DNA of 63,321 bases from a virus (lineage: Duplodnaviria; Caudoviricetes): the IMG/VR virus record IMGVR_UViG_3300042534_000414, positions 1 to 63,321 of that record, one strand, 5' to 3'. A model generated the notes under the pieces. It was not told the origin of the DNA, ran no database searches, and saw only the letters and a program-made list of their open reading frames with translations. The position numbers and the translations under genes are program-made. Shown in pieces: positions 46,624 through 57,317 of this stretch. Every line of letters starts with the position of its first letter. The stretch's first letter is position 1.

Positions 46624-48438
46624 ATGTTTGAAGAAGCGGATTCATTAGGAGTATCACAAGGGCAAGGCAGAGGTTTTGCCCAAGTATTTGATAGCACATA
46701 TAACCCTGTTTTTAAAGAGGAAACGGCTAGGTTAATTGAAAAGGATAAAGCAGGTAAAAAGGAGATTGATAAAGATATATCTGGTTTAGATGCAACAGTA
46801 TGGAAAAAAGCACAACCTGCTTTACAAGAAAAGATGAAAGAATTGTATTCATATACAATGCAAAACCATCGCAATATAACTAAAGGTAATACTCCTGAAA
46901 AATTAGAATATCAAAAATTAATAAGCGATATACAATTGTTTACTAAAGAACAAAAGTTACAAGAAGATCTTTGGATTAAACAATTTAACAATGTTGCTTT
47001 AGATAAAAAAGGTACTTACGAGCCAGAAGCTTTAGATATATTACAAAAATATTTTGAAGACCCAAACCTAAACGATCCAACTTTAATAGCTAATTTACCT
47101 TTAAGTTTCAACGCGTTAGAACATACTAGCAAACTTAAGAATATTGTAAAAGAAATAAGTACTAAAACAAGTTTAAATCCTGGGTTTAAAGATTTAAATG
47201 ATAATGTCGTTTACCAAAAATTTGTTAATACCGTAGATAGTAAAGTTGAAGAGGAGGCTAAACGTTTATGGAATAATTTACCTAATTCAGGTAAACAATA
47301 TTATGAAGATGATGTTAACAATTACATACAATCAGCTAAAAACTTTGCTAGAGAATCTGCATCTCAAACTGTTAAGACACCATTTAAACCATCGCAAGCA
47401 GATGTTATAAACCAAGTTCCTTATGAAATAAAACCAAATCAACAATTTGATTTTTCGCAAAAAGTTGGTAGTGGAGAGAATGTTTATGGCTTTACTGATG
47501 ACAAAACAACAAGTTTGTATGGTACAACATTTAATGTAACAGAAGATGCAGAGTTTCAACCTAACTTTTTAAAACAGAAAGGCGGTGTTTTAATAAGTTT
47601 ACGTGGAGCTTTCCAAGCTAAAAAAGATGACAAAGGAGATTATAGTTTAAGCGATGAGGGATTTAATTTAGGTGATAAAGATAATATTTTTGACAGATTA
47701 TTTAAAGACCAAGGTTCTTCAAAATTCAAAGCTAATTCTATTCAAAACTTACCTGTATTTAAAGAAGGTACAACTGTTACATTTACGGATAAAAAGGGTA
47801 AGAAAAGAACTGTTGATTTATCTAATACAGTTGTTAGTGATGATATGTTGAAGAAGGGTGAATTTAGAGGTTTAAAATTATCTGATGATAATGTTTCTTT
47901 TGAGCCAATAGTTGTAGGTGATTATCAAAAAGAAGTTAAGAAAGGTAAACAAAGTAATGTTTCGCTGGGACTTCCATACAAAGAGTTTAGAGGTTATATG
48001 CAAAGTAAAAACACTCCTATTAAAGAGATGTTAAGATTAGAAGGTCAAGCAGAATCACAAGACTTATTAGCTAGTTATTCTTATACGGAAGGCTTAAAAA
48101 GAAAAGGTGGTGAGGCTGAACAACCTACCCAAACTAAAAAAGCACCTGATAATACACAGAAGCAAACTAAAAAAGCATCTGATGAAGTAGTTAGTAAAAC
48201 GAAAGAGGGTGAGAGGTTTTTAAAAAGAGATGAATATATTATTCAAAACTATGAAGATATTGAGTTAAATGCTTACGATAAATATTTAAAATATTCTAAG
48301 GAAGCTAATACAGTTGCTTCTTTAAAACAGATGAAAGATTACAGTTTGGATCAAATAGAAGAATATGAACAATATTTAGATAACCCAAAAAGAAAAGGAG
48401 CACCAATTAGTATAAAACAATATTTTGAAGGAAAATAA
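46624..48438 (+). CDS. putative ejection (internal virion) protein
   Basis: 604 aa, between the pilot protein and the giant protein. Confidence 0.55.
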   Translation: MFEEADSLGVSQGQGRGFAQVFDSTYNPVFKEETARLIEKDKAGKKEIDKDISGLDATVWKKAQPALQEKMKELYSYTMQNHRNITKGNTPEKLEYQKLISDIQLFTKEQKLQEDLWIKQFNNVALDKKGTYEPEALDILQKYFEDPNLNDPTLIANLPLSFNALEHTSKLKNIVKEISTKTSLNPGFKDLNDNVVYQKFVNTVDSKVEEEAKRLWNNLPNSGKQYYEDDVNNYIQSAKNFARESASQTVKTPFKPSQADVINQVPYEIKPNQQFDFSQKVGSGENVYGFTDDKTTSLYGTTFNVTEDAEFQPNFLKQKGGVLISLRGAFQAKKDDKGDYSLSDEGFNLGDKDNIFDRLFKDQGSSKFKANSIQNLPVFKEGTTVTFTDKKGKKRTVDLSNTVVSDDMLKKGEFRGLKLSDDNVSFEPIVVGDYQKEVKKGKQSNVSLGLPYKEFRGYMQSKNTPIKEMLRLEGQAESQDLLASYSYTEGLKRKGGEAEQPTQTKKAPDNTQKQTKKASDEVVSKTKEGERFLKRDEYIIQNYEDIELNAYDKYLKYSKEANTVASLKQMKDYSLDQIEEYEQYLDNPKRKGAPISIKQYFEGK

Positions 48439-48441
48439 ATT

Positions 48442-51400
48442 ATGGCAGAATTAACAAAAGAAGAAAGATTAGCTAGAGCTTTATCTTTATCACAAGCAGA
48501 AGAAACGGTACAAGAAGAGCCTTCTAAACCATTAACAAAAGAAGAGCGTTTAGCAAGAGCTTTAGAGTTATCCCAAGCGGAGGATAAAAAAAAAAGTCAA
48601 TCTCAATCGGGTTCGAGTACGGAAGAATCTTCTTCGGGTACAAGCGCAACGAAGAAGGAACAATCTTCGGGTACTACAAAACCACTTAGTTTAGAGGAGA
48701 AGAAAGAGTTAGTTAGGAAACAAAAGTTAGGTCAGTTAGATGAAAGGAAACAAGAGTCAGCAACTGCTTTAGATAAAAAGCAGGGTGCTACTTCTTTGGA
48801 TAAAAGTAAGCAAGATTCAAAACTTGCATTAGAAAGAAAGCAAAAATCAACTAACATTAATTGGGATATTGACAAGGAAACTGAACAAGCTTTTAAAGGT
48901 ATTTCATCAGAAAGAAAAGACAAAGCAATTCAAGAAGCTATGTCTGTTGGAGAAACCTATGTACCTAATATTGAAGAAAAAGCCAAAGCAAAAGAAATAC
49001 AAGATGCAAAGCCGGAGCAAGATTTAAAACGTAGATTAAACCTTATTCCCAAAGAGGATTTAAAATCTATATTTGAAGGCGACAATGAGTTAACTATGTT
49101 TGATGGAGGGCAAAGGTTAGCTGAAAAATATAAATTAACAGAAGAGGAAGTAGAGAAGGCTAAGGCTAAATATTTAGAGGAAACGGTAAATGAGTTTAAG
49201 CGTAAGGATTTAGAATCTTCATTAGATTTAATTGGTAAATACGCTCCTGCACCAAAGGATTTCAAAGATGTTACTGCATATACACAGAATATAGAGTTAT
49301 TGAACAAAGCTAAAGAAATGAATTTTGAGAAGAATAAAAATCTTTCTTTTAGTTTAATGGGTTTAGAGGATAATGATAGAAAGGTTGTTGATGAGTATTC
49401 AAGTGTAATGGATAGATTAAATGCGTATAAGGAAAAATCCTTTATGCAACAGCAACAAGGAGCTGATAAAGAAGGTAAAGGTTCGTTGGTAATTAATCCC
49501 AAGGAGATTGCACAATTTGAAAAAGACCTAAAAGAATCCCAAAGACTATCTAAAGAAGTAGATAAGATAAGAGGAAACAATAATAAGTTATTCGATCAGT
49601 ACGCTAATGTAATAAACAAAGAAACTGGAAAGACAGTAACGCAAGAAAGTTTTACTTCAAAGTATGAGAATGATTACATGAAGTTAAAAGGAGCGTTAAC
49701 TGATGCTACGTATAAATTAAACTATTTAGAGAAGGAAGCTAGAGGTATAAGAGATGCAGAGCGTGAAGGCGGTAGAATTTTAACGGATGCACAATTAACT
49801 AGACAAAACGCTAAGTTAGGCAACTTAGATAAAGAACGTAACTTAGCTAAAGCAGAAGTATTAGCGTTAAGCAATGCTTTGTTTTTGAATGAGGATATAA
49901 CTAAGAAAGTGGCTAGGTATGAAAAAGATGATTCATACTATCAAATGCCAGGTAAAAAAGCGGAAAGATTATTCGAGGTACTTAGTGATTTAAAACAAGG
50001 TTTTTTTGAAACTGTATTAGGAGAATTTAATATGACTTCAACTTCTGAAAAGAATCAAGCAAGAATGTTAAATGAAAAACTTAAATCAGTAGGAATTAAT
50101 TTAAAAGATATTGATAAAGAAATAGCTCCTACTTACCCAGAAAAATTTGGTAATGTATTAGGTACTTCTGCTGTATTGGGTGCAAATATAGCTGCAACAA
50201 CTTTTTTAACAGGTGGTGTAGGTACAATAGCAAAAGGAGTAGGGATTTTACCTAAAGTATTTGAATTGTACGATAAGAGTAAAAAGTTTAAAGCTATTGC
50301 TGATATAATAATTTCGGGTGTTAATTTTGAATTAGCGAGTGACCAAACAAGCTTTGCAATGGGTAGTGCAGAGGAGGCAGCCCAATTAGCGTTTAATAAA
50401 GTATTTGGTAAATTAAAAGCTTTAAATCCAGTTGTTAATTTCTTCACAAAATCATTAGTCGGTGCTAGTGCAGTTACCGTAGAGGAATACGCAGGGGATT
50501 TATTTCATGAATTTACTAAAACAGGTATAAGTCAAGAAACTTTAGATGCTACATTTGGAAAAACAAAAGAAGAAGGATTAGAGAAATGGTCGTTAACGTT
50601 TACTATGGGTATGATGTCTATGGGTAAACACGCAAAAGTTTTAATGGTAGGTTCTTATGAAACCGCTAAAGCTATAAATCCTAATGCAGAAACCGTAAAA
50701 CAAATGGAGGCTGTAATGTCAGAAATGGGTGTTGATCCTGATGATGTTATTAAAGCATTAAAAGCCGAAGCACAAACAAAATCTGATAGGTTATATCCTG
50801 ATGGAAAAGGAGGACAATTAAGCGCAAGTAATATGACAGTAGAGCAAGAGATTGTTTTACGTGATAAATTAAATTACAAGCCATTAACAGAGGATGAGTT
50901 GGCTATAAAACGAAGTGTGCAAGAAACAGAAGAGTTGGCACCTGCAGATTCACCATACGTAACCAAAAAGGAAATGGATGATGATTTAAAGGTGTTGAAA
51001 GGCGAGGATGAGGGTACTTTACCTGAAACATACGTAGGAGAGAGTGTACGTACAGAAGAAGGAATAGTAACTACTGTAACAGAGAAAGTTGAGGAGGGTA
51101 CACAATTAAGAGTACCTACGGAGCAATTAGTAACAGAGGAAGCTAAACCTGTTTCGGAAACATTTGATAGGGAAAAGGCAGGAGTAATAGATGTATGGCA
51201 AGACCCGGAAACAAATGAGTTATTTGTAATCAATGGCACCAAGCGAGTTGCTACTGCAATGGAAGATGGTGTTGCAAGTGTTGATGTAAACTTTGTAAAG
51301 GCGAATAGCTTACAAGAAGCGTATAAGATAGGAGAATTAAAAAACAAATTAGAGGATACGGACAAAACACTTGATGCTGTTGAATTGGTTAAGGCTAATC

Positions 51401-54400
51401 CTGTATTAAAGGATAACTTAGATTTAAGTAAGCCAAAAGAGTTAGAGTTATTTGGATTGGCTAGTTTAAATGAAAGTTTAACAGAGGAGCTAAAAACAGA
51501 CCCTAAACAAGCGGAGGTATTATCTATTATAGGTAATAGTGTACCTACTGAAAGCCAATCGGAAGTTTACCAATTCGCTAAAGAAAATAACTTTGGTAAA
51601 GATGAGGTTGCACAATTGGTAAAAGATCCTAAATTATTAGAGAAAGCAACTAAAAAAAAATTGGTAAAAACTAATAAAGCTTTATCATCAGTTGATGAAA
51701 CAACAAAAGCTTTAGATTTTGAAAATACAACTAATGAACAATTACAAACTGTATATGATAATTTATCTAGCTCAAACAATAAAGAGGCGAAAAGATTATC
51801 TAATCTAGTAGAAAATGTACAAGAAAAAAATGAACGTAATTCTATATTAAATACTGCATTAAGTAACGTAAAAAATGTAGTTGATAAAATAATAAAAAGC
51901 GGTGAATATTTTTTAGAAAAAAGAGAGGCAAGAGAGGCGATAGATGTTGCTGAAAAATATAGTGGAACAGTAGAGAAACAAGAAGCAAAAAAAGATTTTA
52001 AAGATGCTTTTTTTGGTAATCCAAATAATTGGGTTGCAGATGCTTTAAAAATGAGAGAAGCTACAAGGACTTTTATGGAACAAGGAGGAACATTTAAAGA
52101 GTTGTTGCAATCTGTTCAAAAAGAATTTGAATTTGATGGTTACTCTGAACAAGAAGCTGCATCATTTATTAAAAGTAAATTAGAATCTATAACTAAAAAA
52201 GATTTTAGACAAAAATCTATTGCAGAGGAATACCATAAAGCAAAAAAAGATGGTAGTAATCCTGAATTAGTAGAAGCAATTGAAAGTATTTTTATTGAAG
52301 AACAAAAAGCCGATGTAGAATTAAAAGCCAAAGTAGAAATAAAAACAGAATTAAGTAAAACAGGACAATCAAATATTGATGCGTTAAGTAAGGATGCTAC
52401 ACAATTAGGAGTAGAGCCTGAAACCTTATACGATAGAGTATTATCTAATTCACCTACTGTAAAGGCATTAACTGAAAAGTATGCTAAGGGTGTAGCAAGT
52501 GGATTGTATTCAACAACGGAAGCAACTAATAGACTAAACGCAGAGATAAAAGAAAACTTAGGTAAGATAACAGAGGAAGCAGGATTAGGTGAGGCAAAAA
52601 AGGATGTTGCACAATTAGAGGAAGCTTTAACCTCTGATAAAAAAACATTTACCGAAGCAATGAGAGATATTGCAAGTAAGGTAGATAAGTTAGCGGATAG
52701 TATAAAAATCAATCCTAATTCAACATTAAAAACATCTATTACTTTTGGTTTAGAGCCAATAATTTTTAAGGCTTTCTTAAAAGGATTAAGCGTAACATTA
52801 AAAACAAGTGCTACGTTTATTGAAGCGTTTAACAAGGCAATTAAAAAGCTACAAGCCAATGCAGAGTTTAAGAAAAAAACCGCACAGGAACAAGCTGACA
52901 TCATTGCACAATTAACTAACTCAATAACAGACATAAAACAAAAAGCAGATTTAAAAAATCCTATAACTAAGTTACAACAAAGTAAGGTTAAACAATCTGT
53001 AAGAGATAGAATAAAACATTTGTATCAAACACAAATGACTTCATTACCTACTTTGAAATCTATTGAAAAGATAGCTGCTAATTATGGTATTATAGATGCT
53101 AAAACATTTGCTGAAAAACTTTACAGAGATTTAAACAAGCTAGAGAAAACTAGAGAGAGAAGAATGGAAACCTTTGAAGGTGCTATTAGTGATTTTATTA
53201 CTAAAGGTGGCGGAAACATTAAATCGTTATTTAATAAGCTATCTGATTTAATTTTGAAGGATAAGCAACAAGCTGTAACTTTAAAGAATGTAATATTAAG
53301 TGCTTTAGAAAAAGCAAACACAAAAGGATTAAAGTTTAGCCAACAACAATTAGCGCAAATTACTACTGCGTTTGAAAAAGCTAATTTAACCAACCTTAGT
53401 GGTATTTATGATTTAACAAGTAAGATAGATCAGATAGTAAATAAAGCTGTTGATTTAAAGGTTAACCAGGATATAAGTAATTTACAAAAAGCTATTAAAA
53501 GATTTAAGAATATACCAAAGAAACAATTAATGGTATTTCAAAATTTAGTAAACATAGAAGCTAACAAATTAACGAATCCTGCAACTAAAACAGATTTGTT
53601 AAACGCTTTAGAAGATATTAAAAATTACTTATCAGGTAACTCTAATTTGTCATACAATGAATCTGATTTAAACTCTATTATACAAAGAGCAGAAACAGAA
53701 ATAGAGAATTACAATCAAGATAAACAAACAGCGTTAATAGAAAAAAGATATAAGGAATATTTAAAAAATAATCCAAACACTACATTATCTAAACAAGATT
53801 ATATTGATATGATAATGTTAACAGAAGACCAAAGAAAAAAGGAAAGAGAGTTAGCGAATAGAGCAATTAAAAGAGATCAGAAGAGAGATGATTTGGAAAA
53901 ACTAACAGAAGAGAATATTGAAGAATTGTTTGATTACAAAGTAGATAATAGTAAAACTGTTTTAGAGAAAGAAGCTTTTGAGAAAATATTAATTCCTGCT
54001 TTAAGAAAATTAATAGATACTGGTGAATTGAAAAATTTAAGTAATATTCAATTAAAAGAAATTAATCAGTTACACGCTGAATTAATGAATTTTGATAGTT
54101 TATCAAAAGTTGGTTTTGTTGCTAATCAAATGTCTGGTGTCTTAAAGGCTAATGAAAATAAACAGTTGATTAAAGATTCGTTTAGGGAATTTAGTAATGT
54201 TATCAAATCATTATTACAGCCTAGTAAGGGTAAGTATCAAGGGTTAACGTTAGGGCAAGCTTTTAAAAGAATATTTGTTGGTTCAACAGGGCAGAAAATA
54301 AGTTCAGAAATTATTAGTAGAGTTAACGTAGGTATTAATCTTGCTAAAACTGAATATAAAAAATTTAATAAAAATTTTGAAGAGGCTTTAAAATTTGAAG

Positions 54401-56628
54401 TTAGCGCAAGTGAAAATTATGATTTAGGGGCTAAGGCTTATTTTTTAACTTCACCAAAAGGATTAAGCGATATTGATGCACAATTATTATTCGAGAATAA
54501 AAAAGAAAAGCTACAAAGAGATATTGATGAATTAAAAAGAATATCAAAATCAAAAGATTCTAGTAGTAACAAAAAAAAGTCCGCAGAAATAAGAGCAAAC
54601 CAATATCAGGAATCATTAGATTTTATAAATAAATATGATACCTATGAGGATTATGTAAAGGCTTACAATAACGGTGAAGTGTTTAGTGAAAAACAACAAA
54701 AGGTTTTTGATTTAGCAAAGAATGAATATGAGAAACAAAAACCAATGTTAATAGCTTCTAATTTATTGTTTAATGGAAATGCTTTTATCGAAGAAGATTA
54801 CTATACATCAACATCTTATTTAAAAAACGAAGTTGGAGATAAAGCAGATAAATCAGTTGCTGATGAGGTTTACAATAATTTAAATGTAATAAGAGATCCA
54901 CAATCTGGTACAGTATTTAAAAAAGTAAATCCTGCATCAGTAGGTACGGATAAGATTTTAGATTTTGATTTTACAGGTGTAACACAGTCAAGAGTTTTAG
55001 AAAACTACTATGATATGTTCACAAGAGGTTCCGTAATAGAATTAGATGCGTTATTACAATCGGAATCATTTTACGAAAACTTCAAGGATAAGAATATGAC
55101 TGAAACGTATTCTTATTTATATCAGAGAATTGCTAATTGGATTAATAACGAAACATCTGTACAACAGTCTAAGTTAGATAATTCAAGAAGTGCCTCAAAA
55201 AAAGTAACAGATGTCTTGTCAAATATAAAAAAGGCAATATTAAATACTACTGGACAAGTTGTAAAACAACCGACAGTTTTATTTCATACTTTATCAAGAT
55301 TTGGTTTTAAAGATTTTTCACAAGGCTTATCTTTTTACGCTAATAATTTAGCAACAGAAGCAGGGCGTAATAAAATAAGAATGTTGTTAGATGGTTCTGA
55401 TGTTAGAAATAGAGCTCCATTAGGAGATGAACAAATTGCACAATCATTAAACAGACAGAAAAATTTTGCTTTAACAGATAGTAATGCTTATAGATTTTTA
55501 CAGAAGTTATATTCAGAGCCTTTAAAAATGATACCTGGTTTAAAAGATAGTAAAGTAGCTTCTTCTGTATCTTTACAAAAGGCATTAAACATAGGTGATG
55601 CAGCTATGGTTTATTCTGATATTATGGCTGCACAATTAACATATATAACCGCCATGATAAACCAACAAAAAAAGGAGGGGTATGATGTTAATAGTATAGA
55701 TGATTTAATACTTAATAAAACCGAAAAAAATACGCATATATCAGATATGTTATCGGCTGAAATTAATAATGAATCTGCTACAAGTAAACAAGGTAATTTA
55801 TTTTCTGGAAAGGATAATAAAATATTAGCTAACTTATTTTTTATGTTTCAATCCCATGCGTCTAATGCTTCTCATGCAGCATCTAATGCTTTGTTAGATA
55901 TGTTTGAAACAAATAAAAATGTTACTACCGAGGATAGATTTAATAGCGTAAAGGCAATAGTAGGTTTTACTTCTGCTATTGTAACGTTTAGAGCTATGTC
56001 TGAAATAGTTAAATTATTATACGCTCAAATATATGAAACTGCTGCGGATGAAATAGGTTATGAGGATCCAAGAGATGAGGAGGAAAAAGATAGATTAAAG
56101 CTATTAAAAGACCAAAAGTTTTTAGAAGAGGCTTCTTATAGAATAGGAATAAACGCTTTTACGGATATATTCTTTGGTGGTAAATTTCCTAGCCCGGTAA
56201 AGGACTTGACTGTTTTTGGAACAAATACTCTTTTTGAAAATTTACATTTAAAATACGTAGATGAAGAGTACGAAGGAAGGTTGCCTTATTCAAATAATCC
56301 AATGGAGTATTCGGGTGTTATTGGAGCAGGATTAGATTTTGTTACTGATGCAAATAAAATAATATCACCTCCTTTAGATAACGTAGAAAGAGATGATATA
56401 CTTAGAGATATGGCTATGGAAACTTTATTAAGACAACAATGGGAATCATATAAAAACGATAAACAGGGAGCTTTTATTGATGGTTTATACACTATGTTTA
56501 AATTAACAGGTAAAGGTGAGCCTGCTAAAATGATGCAAATGCTACAAAAACAAAGGGAGAGAGGCTTTAAAGAAGAAGATGAAAAAAGAACAGGTGTGTT
56601 TGATCTATTTTTTGAAAAGCGTAAATAA
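48442..56628 (+). CDS. giant internal virion/ejection (polyvalent) protein with a ParB-like domain
   Basis: 2728 aa, mostly helical; ParB-N-like segment GVIDVWQDP...FVINGTKR. Confidence 0.7.
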   Translation: MAELTKEERLARALSLSQAEETVQEEPSKPLTKEERLARALELSQAEDKKKSQSQSGSSTEESSSGTSATKKEQSSGTTKPLSLEEKKELVRKQKLGQLDERKQESATALDKKQGATSLDKSKQDSKLALERKQKSTNINWDIDKETEQAFKGISSERKDKAIQEAMSVGETYVPNIEEKAKAKEIQDAKPEQDLKRRLNLIPKEDLKSIFEGDNELTMFDGGQRLAEKYKLTEEEVEKAKAKYLEETVNEFKRKDLESSLDLIGKYAPAPKDFKDVTAYTQNIELLNKAKEMNFEKNKNLSFSLMGLEDNDRKVVDEYSSVMDRLNAYKEKSFMQQQQGADKEGKGSLVINPKEIAQFEKDLKESQRLSKEVDKIRGNNNKLFDQYANVINKETGKTVTQESFTSKYENDYMKLKGALTDATYKLNYLEKEARGIRDAEREGGRILTDAQLTRQNAKLGNLDKERNLAKAEVLALSNALFLNEDITKKVARYEKDDSYYQMPGKKAERLFEVLSDLKQGFFETVLGEFNMTSTSEKNQARMLNEKLKSVGINLKDIDKEIAPTYPEKFGNVLGTSAVLGANIAATTFLTGGVGTIAKGVGILPKVFELYDKSKKFKAIADIIISGVNFELASDQTSFAMGSAEEAAQLAFNKVFGKLKALNPVVNFFTKSLVGASAVTVEEYAGDLFHEFTKTGISQETLDATFGKTKEEGLEKWSLTFTMGMMSMGKHAKVLMVGSYETAKAINPNAETVKQMEAVMSEMGVDPDDVIKALKAEAQTKSDRLYPDGKGGQLSASNMTVEQEIVLRDKLNYKPLTEDELAIKRSVQETEELAPADSPYVTKKEMDDDLKVLKGEDEGTLPETYVGESVRTEEGIVTTVTEKVEEGTQLRVPTEQLVTEEAKPVSETFDREKAGVIDVWQDPETNELFVINGTKRVATAMEDGVASVDVNFVKANSLQEAYKIGELKNKLEDTDKTLDAVELVKANPVLKDNLDLSKPKELELFGLASLNESLTEELKTDPKQAEVLSIIGNSVPTESQSEVYQFAKENNFGKDEVAQLVKDPKLLEKATKKKLVKTNKALSSVDETTKALDFENTTNEQLQTVYDNLSSSNNKEAKRLSNLVENVQEKNERNSILNTALSNVKNVVDKIIKSGEYFLEKREAREAIDVAEKYSGTVEKQEAKKDFKDAFFGNPNNWVADALKMREATRTFMEQGGTFKELLQSVQKEFEFDGYSEQEAASFIKSKLESITKKDFRQKSIAEEYHKAKKDGSNPELVEAIESIFIEEQKADVELKAKVEIKTELSKTGQSNIDALSKDATQLGVEPETLYDRVLSNSPTVKALTEKYAKGVASGLYSTTEATNRLNAEIKENLGKITEEAGLGEAKKDVAQLEEALTSDKKTFTEAMRDIASKVDKLADSIKINPNSTLKTSITFGLEPIIFKAFLKGLSVTLKTSATFIEAFNKAIKKLQANAEFKKKTAQEQADIIAQLTNSITDIKQKADLKNPITKLQQSKVKQSVRDRIKHLYQTQMTSLPTLKSIEKIAANYGIIDAKTFAEKLYRDLNKLEKTRERRMETFEGAISDFITKGGGNIKSLFNKLSDLILKDKQQAVTLKNVILSALEKANTKGLKFSQQQLAQITTAFEKANLTNLSGIYDLTSKIDQIVNKAVDLKVNQDISNLQKAIKRFKNIPKKQLMVFQNLVNIEANKLTNPATKTDLLNALEDIKNYLSGNSNLSYNESDLNSIIQRAETEIENYNQDKQTALIEKRYKEYLKNNPNTTLSKQDYIDMIMLTEDQRKKERELANRAIKRDQKRDDLEKLTEENIEELFDYKVDNSKTVLEKEAFEKILIPALRKLIDTGELKNLSNIQLKEINQLHAELMNFDSLSKVGFVANQMSGVLKANENKQLIKDSFREFSNVIKSLLQPSKGKYQGLTLGQAFKRIFVGSTGQKISSEIISRVNVGINLAKTEYKKFNKNFEEALKFEVSASENYDLGAKAYFLTSPKGLSDIDAQLLFENKKEKLQRDIDELKRISKSKDSSSNKKKSAEIRANQYQESLDFINKYDTYEDYVKAYNNGEVFSEKQQKVFDLAKNEYEKQKPMLIASNLLFNGNAFIEEDYYTSTSYLKNEVGDKADKSVADEVYNNLNVIRDPQSGTVFKKVNPASVGTDKILDFDFTGVTQSRVLENYYDMFTRGSVIELDALLQSESFYENFKDKNMTETYSYLYQRIANWINNETSVQQSKLDNSRSASKKVTDVLSNIKKAILNTTGQVVKQPTVLFHTLSRFGFKDFSQGLSFYANNLATEAGRNKIRMLLDGSDVRNRAPLGDEQIAQSLNRQKNFALTDSNAYRFLQKLYSEPLKMIPGLKDSKVASSVSLQKALNIGDAAMVYSDIMAAQLTYITAMINQQKKEGYDVNSIDDLILNKTEKNTHISDMLSAEINNESATSKQGNLFSGKDNKILANLFFMFQSHASNASHAASNALLDMFETNKNVTTEDRFNSVKAIVGFTSAIVTFRAMSEIVKLLYAQIYETAADEIGYEDPRDEEEKDRLKLLKDQKFLEEASYRIGINAFTDIFFGGKFPSPVKDLTVFGTNTLFENLHLKYVDEEYEGRLPYSNNPMEYSGVIGAGLDFVTDANKIISPPLDNVERDDILRDMAMETLLRQQWESYKNDKQGAFIDGLYTMFKLTGKGEPAKMMQMLQKQRERGFKEEDEKRTGVFDLFFEKRK

Positions 56629-56675
56629 CAAAAAAAATTAGTAACTTTATAACCGAAATTTATAAAAAATAAATT

Positions 56676-57317
56676 ATGATAAATTCAGAGCAATTTTGGA
56701 GAATAGGACAGGACTTAAATGGAACTGTTGTAGATAGTGGAATTAGATTAGGGGTAAGCAAATGGGATATTTTGTTTAGTTCGGAATTAGTTTCTGGAGA
56801 TACATTAGCATTTACTTTAAATGGTGTATCCATCTCACAAGCATTTACAACTGATTTCGCAACTACTATTACTGCATTAGAGGCACAGATTACTGCTGTT
56901 GATGAGGTATCAAGTACGGCAAAAGGTGTTGTTAACTTAGATAAGAATGGAGTAAAATTCACTTATAAGGTAACAATTATCGGTAAGGAAAATGTGCAAC
57001 TAAAAGCAACTGCATTTACTGTAATCAATACTGCTGTACAAAAGTTCAATGCACAATTATTTGAAATACAATCCTTACAAATCTTACCTGCTGTATTAAC
57101 AGTAGATGCAAATAACGTAGAGAAGTTAAGAGTAGATGTACCGGTAGCAGGAACAACGTATGAGGGTTATGCTTTGCCAGGAACATTAAACGGAACTCCT
57201 GCATGGAAGATTAAAAAAATAGTTGTAGCAGGAGCGTTAACTACCACTACTTATGCAAGTGGTAACAGCAACTTCGATAAAGTTTGGGATGATAGAGCAA
57301 CATATACTTATTCATAA
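56676..57317 (+). CDS. structural protein
   Basis: C-terminal W.IKKI...YA.GN..FDKVWDDRA.Y.YS motif common in phage tail proteins. Confidence 0.6.
   Translation: MINSEQFWRIGQDLNGTVVDSGIRLGVSKWDILFSSELVSGDTLAFTLNGVSISQAFTTDFATTITALEAQITAVDEVSSTAKGVVNLDKNGVKFTYKVTIIGKENVQLKATAFTVINTAVQKFNAQLFEIQSLQILPAVLTVDANNVEKLRVDVPVAGTTYEGYALPGTLNGTPAWKIKKIVVAGALTTTTYASGNSNFDKVWDDRATYTYS

Noticed and set aside
54950-54985. DFDF in the giant protein as an RNA polymerase active site
   Set aside because: It lacks the third Asp of DxDxD and any supporting context
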